Source of the DNA: an uncultured bacterium
Lineage (GTDB): Bacteria; Actinomycetota; Acidimicrobiia; Spongiisociales; UBA5794
Reading direction: 5' to 3'
Length of the DNA: 64,000 nt
NCBI GenBank assembly: GCA_963801165.1
Contig: CAWDDT010000004.1
Span: 640,001 to 704,000 of the forward strand
Shown here: piece after piece, positions 1 to 9,342 of the stretch
Numbering within the stretch: the stretch's first letter is position 1
Layout: each line of letters opens with the position of its first letter
Notes under the pieces: generated by a model
Told to the model about the DNA's origin: nothing
Seen by the model: the letters and a program-made list of their open reading frames with translations, nothing else
The model's database searches: none
Translations under genes and position numbers: made by a program

Positions 1-18
1 AGGGAGTGACCCAGAGAC

Positions 19-108
19 GATGTGACCAGAGGCGATGTGACTAGAGGCGATGTGACTAGAGGCGATGTGACTAGAGGCGATGTGACTAGAGACGATGTGG
101 CTGGAGCC
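19..108. repeat. Tandem repeat, 15-bp unit GATGTGACTAGAGGC, 6 copies (plus a degenerate copy at 4-18)
   Basis: Units at 19, 34, 49, 64, 79 and 94, head-to-tail with no spacers. Confidence 0.95.
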
Positions 109-165
109 ATTGGCGATCCGGGCCTCGATGGGGCAGAATCGGGCGCCGAAACCGCCGATCATGCT

Positions 166-189
166 ATTGCCCTATCGCTATAGTGGTAA
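166..189 (+). promoter_or_regulatory. Candidate operator upstream of sufB (ATTGCCCTA-N6-TAGTGGTAA), containing a possible -10 TATAGT (179-184)
   Basis: Imperfect inverted repeat; 15/18 arm positions match the motif upstream of sufC2 at a similar distance from the start codon. Confidence 0.55.
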
Positions 190-222
190 TTAACCCGCGA
201 ATCTCTCGAAGGGACCCCGATA

Positions 223-1626
223 ATGACAACTATTGACATTGATCTCGGTGGCTATCAGCTCGGCTGGGCCGACGCTGAGGATTATGTCTTCAAGCCTGAT
301 AGGGGTCTGAACGAAGACATCATCCGCCAGATGTCGGCGATGAAGAAAGAGCCCGAGTGGATGCTCGAGTTCCGGCTCAAGGCGTACAAGCGCTTCCTCC
401 GCAAGCCGTTGCCGGACTGGGGTGGGGTCGCGGAGCTCGAGGCAATCGATTTCGACAACATCTACTACTACATCAAGCCGATGGAGGGTCAGGCCAAGGA
501 CTGGGACATGGTTCCCGACTCCATAAAGAACACCTACGAGCGGCTTGGTATCCCCGAAGCCGAGCGCAAGTACCTGGCAGGGGTTACGGCACAATATGAG
601 TCGGAGGTGGTCTACCACCGTAATCGGGAGGATCTCGAGAAGCTCGGGGTCATCTTCTGCGACATGGATACCGCCTTGCGCGAGTACCCGGACCTCGTCA
701 AGGAGTATTTCGGGACGATCATCCCCCCGAACGACAACAAGTTCGCGGCCCTCAACTCGGCCGTCTGGTCCGGTGGGAGCTTCATCTATGTCCCGCCGGG
801 CGTCCATCTCGAAGAGCCGCTCCAGGCGTACTTCCGCATCAACGCCGAGAACATGGGGCAGTTCGAGCGCACGCTGATCATCGTCGACGAGGGCGCGTTC
901 TGCCATTACGTCGAGGGTTGCTCGGCACCGGTGTATTCGAGTGATTCGCTACACGCCGCCGTCGTCGAGGTCATCGTCAAGCAAGGTGGCCGGGCTCGCT
1001 ATACGACTATCCAGAACTGGTCTAATAACGTTGTCAATCTGGTTACCAAGCGGGCAGCGGCCTACAAGAACGCCACGATGGAATGGGTCGACGGCAACCT
1101 CGGCAGCGGTCTTACCATGAAGTACCCCGCCGTCTGGCTCATGGAGGAGGGCGCCCACGGTGAGGTGCTCTCGATCGCGTTTGCCAGCGAAGGCCAGCAT
1201 CTCGATGCCGGTGCCAAGATGGTGCACGTTGCGCCGAACACCTCGTCCCTGATCACTTCGAAGTCCATTTCAAAGGGCGGGGGTCGGTCCGCTTACCGCG
1301 GTCTGGTGCGAGTGGAGGACGGCGCCGAGCATTCGAAGTCGTTTGTTCGCTGCGATGCACTCATCCTCGATGAAGACTCGCGGTCTGACACCTACCCGTA
1401 CATGGAGATCGAGGAGTCAAAGGTCGACATGGGTCATGAGGCAACCGTTTCCAAGGTCGGTGAGGAACAGCTCTTCTATCTGATGAGCCGCGGCCTCACC
1501 GAGCAGGAAGCAACGGCGATGATCGTCGCCGGCTTCATCGAGCCGATCGTCCGCGAGCTGCCGATGGAGTACGCGGTGGAGCTGAACCGTCTCATTGAGC
1601 TCCAGATGGAAGGATCCGTCGGGTAG
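223..1626 (+). CDS. sufB: Fe-S cluster assembly protein SufB
   Basis: 467 aa; [46 protein letters not shown]-terminal [23 protein letters not shown]. Confidence 0.97.
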   Translation: MTTIDIDLGGYQLGWADAEDYVFKPDRGLNEDIIRQMSAMKKEPEWMLEFRLKAYKRFLRKPLPDWGGVAELEAIDFDNIYYYIKPMEGQAKDWDMVPDSIKNTYERLGIPEAERKYLAGVTAQYESEVVYHRNREDLEKLGVIFCDMDTALREYPDLVKEYFGTIIPPNDNKFAALNSAVWSGGSFIYVPPGVHLEEPLQAYFRINAENMGQFERTLIIVDEGAFCHYVEGCSAPVYSSDSLHAAVVEVIVKQGGRARYTTIQNWSNNVVNLVTKRAAAYKNATMEWVDGNLGSGLTMKYPAVWLMEEGAHGEVLSIAFASEGQHLDAGAKMVHVAPNTSSLITSKSISKGGGRSAYRGLVRVEDGAEHSKSFVRCDALILDEDSRSDTYPYMEIEESKVDMGHEATVSKVGEEQLFYLMSRGLTEQEATAMIVAGFIEPIVRELPMEYAVELNRLIELQMEGSVG

Positions 1627-1685
1627 GAGGTCGGGTAGAAGACCGTTCAACAGCCTCCTCGAGGGCGACGAGTACGCTGCGACGT

Positions 1686-2345
1686 ATGCGGATTGTTGTT
1701 GCCGAATGCGCCGTCGACTACGACGGCAGGCTCAGCGCCCACCTGCCTATGGCCACCAGGCTCGTGATGGTCAAGGCGGACGGGTGTGTCGCCGTGCACG
1801 CCGACGGTGGGGCGTACAAGCCCCTCAACTGGATGAACGCACCGAACACGCTTGTCGAGAAAGACGGGAAGTGGATCGTCACCAACCCCAAGGGGGAGAC
1901 CCTCACCATCACCTTCGGCGAGGTCCACTTCGAGAGAACACACGAGATGGGCGAGGACCCGGGTCTGCAGAAGGACGGTGTCGAGCTCGAGCTGCAACGA
2001 TTGCTGGCAGAAACGCCCGGCTACCTCGAAGAGGGCCTCGCCCTGATCCGCCGTGAATATCCCACGCCGATCGGGCCGGTCGATCTGCTCTGTCGTGACG
2101 CCGACGGTCAGGTCGTCGTCATCGAGGTGAAGCGCCGTGGCGAGATCGACGGTGTCGAGCAACTGACCCGCTACCTCGAGTTCCTGAACCGGGACGACCG
2201 GTTGGCGCCGGTGCGGGGCATGTTCGTGGCGCAGGTGATCAAGCCGCAGGCCCGAACGCTCGCATCAGATCGTGGCATCGATTGCGTCGACATCGACTAC
2301 GACGAGCTGCGCGGCATCGATTCCCCGATGCTCAAGCTGTTCTGA
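1686..2345 (+). CDS. nucS: Mismatch-specific endonuclease NucS/EndoMS
   Basis: [65 protein letters not shown]; TACGCT -10 lies 7 nt before the ATG. Confidence 0.95.
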   Translation: MRIVVAECAVDYDGRLSAHLPMATRLVMVKADGCVAVHADGGAYKPLNWMNAPNTLVEKDGKWIVTNPKGETLTITFGEVHFERTHEMGEDPGLQKDGVELELQRLLAETPGYLEEGLALIRREYPTPIGPVDLLCRDADGQVVVIEVKRRGEIDGVEQLTRYLEFLNRDDRLAPVRGMFVAQVIKPQARTLASDRGIDCVDIDYDELRGIDSPMLKLF

Positions 2346-2381
2346 CGCCGATCACGCCACACTGGCCGGCGAGGCTGACGC

Positions 2382-3308
2382 CTAGAGCAGGCTCTCGAGG
2401 TCGTAGGCGAAGGAGGGGTGACGCAGCTTGGTGAGCGCCTTGCGCTCGATCTGGCGGATACGTTCCCGGGTGACGTCGAGCTGGCGGCCTACGTCGGACA
2501 GGGTCCGCGGGCCCCCTCCGGAGAGACCGTAGCGAAGCTCGATGACCTCGCGCTCGCGGGGATCGAGCATCGAGAGGGCACGATCGAGCTCATCACGGCG
2601 TGCCATATCCGCCGCCACCACGAATGGGTCGTCGGCCTGGGTGTCCTCGACGAAGTCGCCGAGGCTGGCGTCGCCGGCATCACCGACGGGATGATCGAGT
2701 GACACGCAGTCGTCGGGGCACTCCATGGCAATGACGACCTGATCGAGGTCGAGACCGCTGATGTCTGCGATCTCGAGCGCCGTGGGTTGTCTTCCGTTGC
2801 GCTCGTGCAAAGCGGCTCGGGTTTCCTGGACCACGCGGACCACGTCGACGAGGTGAACGGGAAGCCGGATGGTCCTGGCCGTGTTGCCCAATCCGCGCGT
2901 TATTGCCTGGCGGATCCACCAGGTGGCGTACGTGGAGAACTTGAACCCCTTGCGCCAGTCGAACTTCTCGACGGCACGGATCAGACCGAGGTTGCCTTCC
3001 TGGACTAGGTCGAGGAGATCGAGACCCCGACCTGTGTACTTCTTCGCAATCGAGATGACGAGACGCAGGTTGGAGCGAATGAACTCGGCTCGCGCCTCTT
3101 CCCCTTGATGCACTGCCCGGCGAAGCTCAAACCGTTCTCGGGAGGGGAGCTGCTCGGTTTCCAACCGGACTGCGGCCTGCCGTCCGGCTTCCATGGCTCT
3201 GGCCAATCTCACCTCATCCTCTGCGGTGAGAAGACCGTGTCCGGCTACCTCGTCGAGGTACAGACCAACACCGTCGGCCTGGAGAGACCTGTGCACCCGC
3301 TGTGTCAT
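2382..3308 (-). CDS. Sigma-70 family RNA polymerase sigma factor (RpoD/SigA-like, lacks region 1.1; group 2)
   Basis: NLRLVISIAKKY, DLVQEGNLGLIRAVEKFD, KFSTYATWWIRQAI, region 4 VTRERIRQIERKAL; start moved to the ATG at 3308. Confidence 0.92.
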   Translation of the reverse strand: MTQRVHRSLQADGVGLYLDEVAGHGLLTAEDEVRLARAMEAGRQAAVRLETEQLPSRERFELRRAVHQGEEARAEFIRSNLRLVISIAKKYTGRGLDLLDLVQEGNLGLIRAVEKFDWRKGFKFSTYATWWIRQAITRGLGNTARTIRLPVHLVDVVRVVQETRAALHERNGRQPTALEIADISGLDLDQVVIAMECPDDCVSLDHPVGDAGDASLGDFVEDTQADDPFVVAADMARRDELDRALSMLDPREREVIELRYGLSGGGPRTLSDVGRQLDVTRERIRQIERKALTKLRHPSFAYDLESLL

Positions 3309-3504
3309 AGAACCCCTAACCCTGATGACGGCCACCCTTAGTTGTCAAGGTAACACGCTGGGGCCGCGTCCTCAACGAAACGTGGAGTCCTTGAATATTG
3401 ATTATGCGGAGATGTCGACCGGCAAAACGTAGGCGCCTACTACGATGGCTCGAGGCGAAGACCAACACCCCCGGGTCCCGGTTGTGAGAGGGCACGCCCT
3501 ACCT

Positions 3505-5040
3505 ATGAGACGAATCGCAGTATCCCTTATTGGCGGCGCATTGCTGATGTCAGCATGTGCCGGTTCTTCCGTCCTCCTGGCCGGGGAGTCGATGCGTTCA
3601 CCCGAACCGCCGCCTCAGCTGGTCAACCTCCTGGTCGTGGGGTCTGACGACCTGACTCCGATTGATGCCACGGTCACCTCCGCAGCGGAGACCGTCGTCA
3701 CCGACGACACCGGCGTGGCCGCGCTGACATGGGACGAGCGCCCGATAGATGTCACGGTTACTGCACCCGGGTTTCATGAGGCATCGACCACGGTCGCCGA
3801 GAAGCCGGCCGAGGGCGTCCCGGTACAGATCCGGCTCGACCCGGTCGTATTGACGGGTCGGGTGACCTCCCAGGATGGCCGCGGTCTCTCCGGTGCTCAC
3901 GTCAGCCTGGGCAGAGACGTTGAGGCTACGACCGACAGCGACGGCCAGTTCGCACTGTTCCGGGCCGTTCCCGGCACCATCGAGGTGCAACGCCCGGCGT
4001 GGAACGCCGAGGCCGTCACCTGGGATGGCTCGACCGAAAACGTCGACGTCTCGCTCGATCCGATGATGGTCAGGGCACTACGGGTCGCCGGCGACGCCTC
4101 AGGTGCCGGCGATCTTCAGAAGTGGCAGTACCTGCTCAACCTCGCCGATACCACCGGGATCAACGCGTTCGTCGTCGACACCCAGGACGAGGGCGGTTGG
4201 GTGTATCACGACACCGATGTCCAGCTCGCATACGACATCAACGCCGTCAGGCCCAGCTACGACGCCACGCAGCTCATCGCCGACATGGATGCGCATGGTC
4301 TCTACAAGATCACCCGCATCGTCACCTTCCAGAACAACCAGCTGGCAAGGGCCGAACCGGATATCGCCGCCATCAACACTCAGACCGGATTGCCGTGGAC
4401 CAATAACAAAGATCTCGCCTGGCTCGACCCCACCGACCACAGGTCGTGGGAGTATCCGCTCTCGCTGGCCGAAGAGGCGTGCAGCCTGGGCTTTGATGAG
4501 ATTCAGTTCGACTATGTCCGTTTCCCGTCCGATGGTCCGATCGACCAGCTGAGTTTCGACGAGCTGACCGCAAATGACTACTACGGCGCTGCCGCCGAAC
4601 AGAAGCGCGTCGAGACCATTGCCGCTTTTCTCCAGGAGGCGCATGACCGGCTCAACCCGATGGGTTGTGCAGTGGCAGCCGACATCTTTGCGATCACGCT
4701 GGAGAGCACAACGGACGAGGGGATCGGCCAGTCCCCGTCGGTGTTCTCCAACTATGTAGACGTGCTCAGCCCGATGATCTACACCTACACCTACGGCGCC
4801 GGTTGGAAGGGCTGGTCCAACCCCACCGACCACGCCACCGAGCTGGTCACCGATGCGCTCGACGCCGGGATCCCCCGGCTCGAAGGCTCTGCGATGTACC
4901 GGCCCTGGCTGCAACGGGCTTTCCTCGACGACAGCGAGATACGCAATATCCAGCAGGTCGCCGAGGCGCGCAACCTCGGCTGGATGCTGTGGAGTGCCGG
5001 CACCATCTTCGACTCCGGCCTCCTCCCGCCGAATCAATGA
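3505..5040 (+). CDS. Lipoprotein with carboxypeptidase-regulatory-like beta domains and a putative glycoside hydrolase (DUF4015-like) domain
   Basis: Signal peptide with lipobox LMSAC; LTGRVTSQDGRGLSGAHV repeat type; GFDEIQFDYVRFP, VAADIF, DVLSPMIY, RPWLQ motifs. Confidence 0.75.
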   Translation: MRRIAVSLIGGALLMSACAGSSVLLAGESMRSPEPPPQLVNLLVVGSDDLTPIDATVTSAAETVVTDDTGVAALTWDERPIDVTVTAPGFHEASTTVAEKPAEGVPVQIRLDPVVLTGRVTSQDGRGLSGAHVSLGRDVEATTDSDGQFALFRAVPGTIEVQRPAWNAEAVTWDGSTENVDVSLDPMMVRALRVAGDASGAGDLQKWQYLLNLADTTGINAFVVDTQDEGGWVYHDTDVQLAYDINAVRPSYDATQLIADMDAHGLYKITRIVTFQNNQLARAEPDIAAINTQTGLPWTNNKDLAWLDPTDHRSWEYPLSLAEEACSLGFDEIQFDYVRFPSDGPIDQLSFDELTANDYYGAAAEQKRVETIAAFLQEAHDRLNPMGCAVAADIFAITLESTTDEGIGQSPSVFSNYVDVLSPMIYTYTYGAGWKGWSNPTDHATELVTDALDAGIPRLEGSAMYRPWLQRAFLDDSEIRNIQQVAEARNLGWMLWSAGTIFDSGLLPPNQ

Positions 5041-5783
5041 CCGCCGAGCTCGAAGCTCTGACCGCAGAGATCGTCAGCTGCCGCCTCTGCCCGCGGCTGG
5101 TGGCATGGCGTGAGCAGGTGGCTACCGAGAAGCGTGCCTCTTTCTCCGATGAGGACTACTGGGGTCGCCCGGTGCCGGGATGGGGCGATCCCGACGCCGC
5201 GCTGATTGTCGTCGGTCTGGCGCCGGCAGCCCATGGTGCCAATCGCACCGGTCGGATGTTCACCGGCGATCGGAGCGGGGATTGGCTGTACCGGGCAATG
5301 TATGAAGCCGGGTTCGCCAACCAGCCCGACTCGACCGCTGTGGAGGACGGGCTGGAGCTGCACGATGCCTGGGTAACCGCTCCTGTTCGCTGCGCCCCGC
5401 CGCAGAACAAGCCGGAGACCACCGAACGGGACAACTGCGCAGAATGGTTTCATCGGGAGCTCGACTTGCTGGGGTCGGCTCGCGTTTTCGTGGCACTCGG
5501 GCAGTATGCGTATGTCTCGTTGTGGCGCTACCTAGGTGCTTCGATGGTCTTGCCCCGACCCCGCCCCAGGTTTGCTCACGGTGAGGAGATACCGTTAGCG
5601 GATGGCAGAACCGTCCTGCTGTCGTTTCATCCGAGCCAGCAGAACACGTTCACCGGACGGCTGACCCGGGAGATGCTGGCTGCAGTCTTCGCCAGAGCAA
5701 GGGATCTCACCGCGCTTCATCGCGCAGATCGAGATAGCGCACCCAACGGTGGTGTGCGTCGGCCAGGTAGGGATAGGGGTTGA
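5037..5783 (+). CDS. Uracil-DNA glycosylase family 5 (UdgB-like, Fe-S)
   Basis: ATG overlaps the upstream stop (ATGA); CRLCPRLV, GLAPAAHGANRTGRMFTGDRSG, RCAPPQNKP, FHPSQQNTFTGRLT. Confidence 0.9.
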   Translation: MTAELEALTAEIVSCRLCPRLVAWREQVATEKRASFSDEDYWGRPVPGWGDPDAALIVVGLAPAAHGANRTGRMFTGDRSGDWLYRAMYEAGFANQPDSTAVEDGLELHDAWVTAPVRCAPPQNKPETTERDNCAEWFHRELDLLGSARVFVALGQYAYVSLWRYLGASMVLPRPRPRFAHGEEIPLADGRTVLLSFHPSQQNTFTGRLTREMLAAVFARARDLTALHRADRDSAPNGGVRRPGRDRG

Positions 5784-6294
5784 CAGCACGGTTGCCGTGG
5801 TGCAATTCGAAGTGTGTATGTGCCGAGGACCCCTCGGCGTTGCCCGAGTCGCCGACATAGCCGATCACGGTGCCGGCGGCGATGTACATGCCAACTTCGA
5901 GATCGGCCGCATAGGCGAACTCGGGGGCGCCCGCTCCGTCGTCGGTTCCCGGTGTGTCGTTGTTCAGGTGCATGTACCAGCTCTCCCAGCCGTCACGGTG
6001 CTCGATGCGCACGTAGTAGCCGGACCGATTGCTGTCACCGATTGCGGTGACGAAACCGTCGGCGACGGCGACCAACGGGCTGTGCTTCTCGGCAAACACA
6101 TCGGTGCCCTGATGGTGGCGTCCCCCCGATCGGGCGTTGCCCCAGTCGTTGCTGAAATGCGCCATGACATCTTTGGTCGGGAAGTATGTGAGAGCGAAGG
6201 CGTCGTCGGCGGCGGCGGCAGCTGCGGCCGGTGCGATGAGCGTGGTGCAGCTGACGGCGACCGCGACGAACGTGACAATGAGCGAGCGGTACAA
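5707..6294 (-). CDS. Secreted M23 family metallopeptidase (peptidoglycan endopeptidase)
   Basis: Signal peptide; HQGTDVFA (HxxxD), YMHL, AHTHFELH (HxH); TTG start with AGGA RBS. Confidence 0.88.
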   Translation of the reverse strand: MYRSLIVTFVAVAVSCTTLIAPAAAAAAADDAFALTYFPTKDVMAHFSNDWGNARSGGRHHQGTDVFAEKHSPLVAVADGFVTAIGDSNRSGYYVRIEHRDGWESWYMHLNNDTPGTDDGAGAPEFAYAADLEVGMYIAAGTVIGYVGDSGNAEGSSAHTHFELHHGNRAVNPYPYLADAHHRWVRYLDLRDEAR

Positions 6295-6366
6295 GTGGTT
6301 ATTCCTAGGAGTTGGGGAAGTTCGCTGTTTGGGTCCGGCACGCTATCCGCAGCCGGGAGCTATGCA

Positions 6367-6393
6367 ATATCGGCACCGGGTAGCGAAACTGGA
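6367..6393 (-). promoter_or_regulatory. Sigma28/FliA/WhiG-like promoter TCCAGTTT-N11-GCCGATAT for the M23 gene
   Basis: Close match to the sigma28 consensus TAAAGTTT-N11-GCCGATAA, 72 nt upstream of the start. Confidence 0.6.
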
Positions 6394-6470
6394 GCGTCGA
6401 TTGGCCGTGGCTCCGTCTTCGGCGGGCCCTGATGCAAGTAACCTCGTGGCTGCTCGCAACAGGAGAAATT

Positions 6471-7757
6471 GTGAATACCCTCGATTCCAGGGCCTCAGCC
6501 GCGCTCGGAGCGTCCGACCCCGGCTGGCTCGCCGACCGTCGGGCTGCGGCGCTCGGCTTCTACGAGAAGCTCTCGATGCCATCCTCGAAGGAAGAGGTGT
6601 GGCGGTACGTCGACCTCGATTTCTCAGTAGACGACTTCTCGATTCCGGACCAGCCCGGACCGGCCGGAGTGCTCGACGGCGGGATTGCCGCCTCGTTCCC
6701 GGAAATCGCAGGTTCTCTGCTGATTGTCGACGGTCACGCCGTGTCCGCGGAGCCGGGCTCCTCCGGGGCGATCTTTGCCCCGCTGAGCAGCGTGCTCACC
6801 GACCAGCCCGACTTGCTCCAGCCATACCTCGGGGCGGTAATCCCGGCAGATCTCGACAAGATGGCTGCTGCCCACGCTGCTTTCGGGGGCGAGGGCGGTG
6901 CCCTGGTGGTCCCCAGGGGTGTGGCCGTCGAGGAGCCATTCTTTGTGGATGTCCAGGCCGGCACCAGTGGCGCTGTTTCGTTTCCGCACCTGTCCCTGGT
7001 GGTGGAGGAGTCGTCGCAGGCGTCGGTGGTGATCCGGTATCGCTCCGACGACGACGTCGATGCCCTCGTCATTCCGCAGCTGGAGATCAATATCGGCGCC
7101 AACTCCAGTCTCAAGGTGACGGTGGTCCAGCGTTGGGGGAGGCGGACTCGTGCCATCTCACATGCCCGGGCTGTGATCGGTCGTGATGGATCACTCCACA
7201 TAGGTGAGGCTGGTCTCGGCGGCTCCATCTCGCGGTTGCAGCTCGCCGTTGATCTCCAGGGCGACGGCTCGTCGACGAACGTGATCGGGGCCTACTTCGG
7301 TGACGAGAAGCAGACGCTCGACTACCGCTACACCATGCACCACGAGGGCGTGAACACCAGCAGCGACATGTTCCTGAAGGGCGCAGTCCAGGACGAGGCG
7401 CTGTCTGTTTTCACCGGCATGATCCGGATCGAGGAGGATGCGCAGAAGACCAACGCGTTCCAGACCAACCGCAACCTCATCTTGTCCGACGGCGCTTCGG
7501 CACAGTCTGTCCCGAACCTCGAGATCCTGGCCAATGACGTGCGGTGCGGGCACGGTTCGACGATGGGGCCGCTCGACGGGGAGCAGCGCTACTACCTGAT
7601 GAGCCGCGGTCTGGATGAAGATAGGTCCGACCGGCTGCTCGTGCACGGGTTCTTCAACGAAGCGCTCTCCCGGTTCCCCGAGCCGGCAATCGCCGGCGTG
7701 GTCACGTCGTGGATCGACGCCAAGTACCGTGCCGCACAGGCGGCAGGGAGGGTTTGA
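6471..7757 (+). CDS. sufD: Fe-S cluster assembly protein SufD
   Basis: EEVWRYVDL, AQKTNAFQTNRNLILS, SVPNLEILANDVRCGHGST, YYLMSRGL; GTG start after AGGAG. Confidence 0.92.
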   Translation: MNTLDSRASAALGASDPGWLADRRAAALGFYEKLSMPSSKEEVWRYVDLDFSVDDFSIPDQPGPAGVLDGGIAASFPEIAGSLLIVDGHAVSAEPGSSGAIFAPLSSVLTDQPDLLQPYLGAVIPADLDKMAAAHAAFGGEGGALVVPRGVAVEEPFFVDVQAGTSGAVSFPHLSLVVEESSQASVVIRYRSDDDVDALVIPQLEINIGANSSLKVTVVQRWGRRTRAISHARAVIGRDGSLHIGEAGLGGSISRLQLAVDLQGDGSSTNVIGAYFGDEKQTLDYRYTMHHEGVNTSSDMFLKGAVQDEALSVFTGMIRIEEDAQKTNAFQTNRNLILSDGASAQSVPNLEILANDVRCGHGSTMGPLDGEQRYYLMSRGLDEDRSDRLLVHGFFNEALSRFPEPAIAGVVTSWIDAKYRAAQAAGRV

Positions 7758-8074
7758 TGGCCCGGGTTCGGATTGCACCCCTCGCCGATTTTCCCGACGA
7801 GGCGGGGCTTCGTGTCGACGTGGGCGATCACCGGATCGCAATGTTCCGCGTCGGCGAGGCAATTTACGCTCTCGGCGACCGGTGCAGCCACGCCGAGGCG
7901 TCACTCTCGGAGGGCGAGGTGTTCGACGACGAGGTCGAATGCCCCCGCCACGGCGCTGTCTTCGGGTTGGCCGACGGCGAGCCGCGGGCCCTACCCGCCA
8001 CCAGCCCTGTGCCCACATACAAGGTCGACGTCGAAGATGACGTCGTCTACCTGATCATCGACGAGGTGTTCTGA
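7757..8074 (+). CDS. Rieske-type [2Fe-2S] ferredoxin (suf-associated)
   Basis: CSHAEASL and ECPRHGAVF Rieske ligands; TGATG coupling to sufD and to sufC. Confidence 0.92.
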   Translation: MARVRIAPLADFPDEAGLRVDVGDHRIAMFRVGEAIYALGDRCSHAEASLSEGEVFDDEVECPRHGAVFGLADGEPRALPATSPVPTYKVDVEDDVVYLIIDEVF

Positions 8075-8838
8075 TGTCGCTCGCACTGCAAGTATCCAAT
8101 GTCCGCGCGTCTCTTGGGGATCTCGAGATCCTCAAAGGCATTGATCTCGAGATCCCTTTCGGCGAGGTGCATGCGCTGATGGGACCGAACGGGTCTGGGA
8201 AGTCGACGTTGTGTCACGTGCTGATGGGCAAGGACGAGTATTCGTCGTCGGGGTCGGCGCTGGTCGGGGGAACTGAGATCATTGGCCTGCCGGTCCAAGA
8301 CCGTGCCCGGGCTGGTCTCTTTGAGGCGTTCCAGTACCCGGTGGAGGTGCCGGGAGTGGCCCTCAGCGACCTCGTCCGTGAGATGGGCGAGGTGCGTGCC
8401 GATCCCGGGTTTGACGATCGGGTTTCGGTCCTCGCCGAATCGCTCGACATGGCCAGGTTCATGGAGCGGTCGGTCAACGGTGGGCTCTCCGGCGGGGAGA
8501 AGAAGCGTTCCGAGATGTTTCAGCTGGCGCTGTCACAGCCCAAGGTGGCGATTCTCGACGAGATCGACTCCGGTTTGGACATAGACGCGGTGCGGGAGGT
8601 TGCCGGCCTGGTCGAGGAACTGAGGAGCGACGACCTCGGCATCGTCATCATCACCCATTACAGCCGCATCCTGCGGTACATGAACGTCGACAAGATCCAC
8701 GTGATGGTGGCAGGCAAGGTGGTGCTTAGCGGCGGTCCCGAGATTGCTGCTGAGCTCGAGGCGAGCGGCTACGTCGATCTCCAGGACGGTGGGGCCACGG
8801 TGCCGGAACCGAAGGTGCGAACCCCGTTCGACATCTGA
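8074..8838 (+). CDS. sufC: Fe-S cluster assembly ATPase SufC (paralogue 1)
   Basis: HALMGPNGSGKST, FQYPVEVPGV, LSGGEKKR, ILDEIDSGLDIDA, ITHY. Confidence 0.9.
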   Translation: MSLALQVSNVRASLGDLEILKGIDLEIPFGEVHALMGPNGSGKSTLCHVLMGKDEYSSSGSALVGGTEIIGLPVQDRARAGLFEAFQYPVEVPGVALSDLVREMGEVRADPGFDDRVSVLAESLDMARFMERSVNGGLSGGEKKRSEMFQLALSQPKVAILDEIDSGLDIDAVREVAGLVEELRSDDLGIVIITHYSRILRYMNVDKIHVMVAGKVVLSGGPEIAAELEASGYVDLQDGGATVPEPKVRTPFDI

Positions 8839-8919
8839 ACTCGACCCGACGATCTGCAAACCGAGGGTTGAGATCTGACCCGGGGCGTTAAGCTCAAGCG
8901 ACACCGACCCCGGAGACAC

Positions 8920-9342
8920 GTGGATGAGCTGACCTACACCTTCGACAACCCGGCTGATGCGAGCCGGTATCTCCGCGAGATCGGTGTGCTGTGGGGAGCC
9001 TGGGTGGTGGGCCTGGCCGGTCTGCTCGTCACCGACGCGCTTCTGCTTATCGTGTGGGGTGTTGTCGTCATCGCGGCGCTGGTATACCTCGCCCGTCCCA
9101 TTCAGCGGCGAGCGGAGCGGTTGGTGCCGGACAACAAGATCGAGTCCAGCCGTCTCGAGGGGCTCTTCCGGGGTGGGACCACTCGCGACCGGGCGATCCG
9201 TGATCTTGCGTACGGCGCCGAGCCGCTTCGGGCTGCGTTGAGCACGGCAGGGCTGAGCGAGAGGTGGATGACGCTCCGGCAGGTGATCATCGCACTTTCC
9301 CTCCTTGCGCTGATCTACGTGCTCGCCAACCCGATACCGTGA
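8920..9342 (+). CDS. Hypothetical membrane protein (about 3 TM)
   Basis: GGAG RBS, hydrophobic segments, GTGA overlap with the next gene. Confidence 0.75.
   Translation: MDELTYTFDNPADASRYLREIGVLWGAWVVGLAGLLVTDALLLIVWGVVVIAALVYLARPIQRRAERLVPDNKIESSRLEGLFRGGTTRDRAIRDLAYGAEPLRAALSTAGLSERWMTLRQVIIALSLLALIYVLANPIP

Noticed and set aside
19-108. Possible CRISPR array
   Set aside because: Units are 15 bp, head-to-tail, with no unique spacers; no cas genes are in the window.
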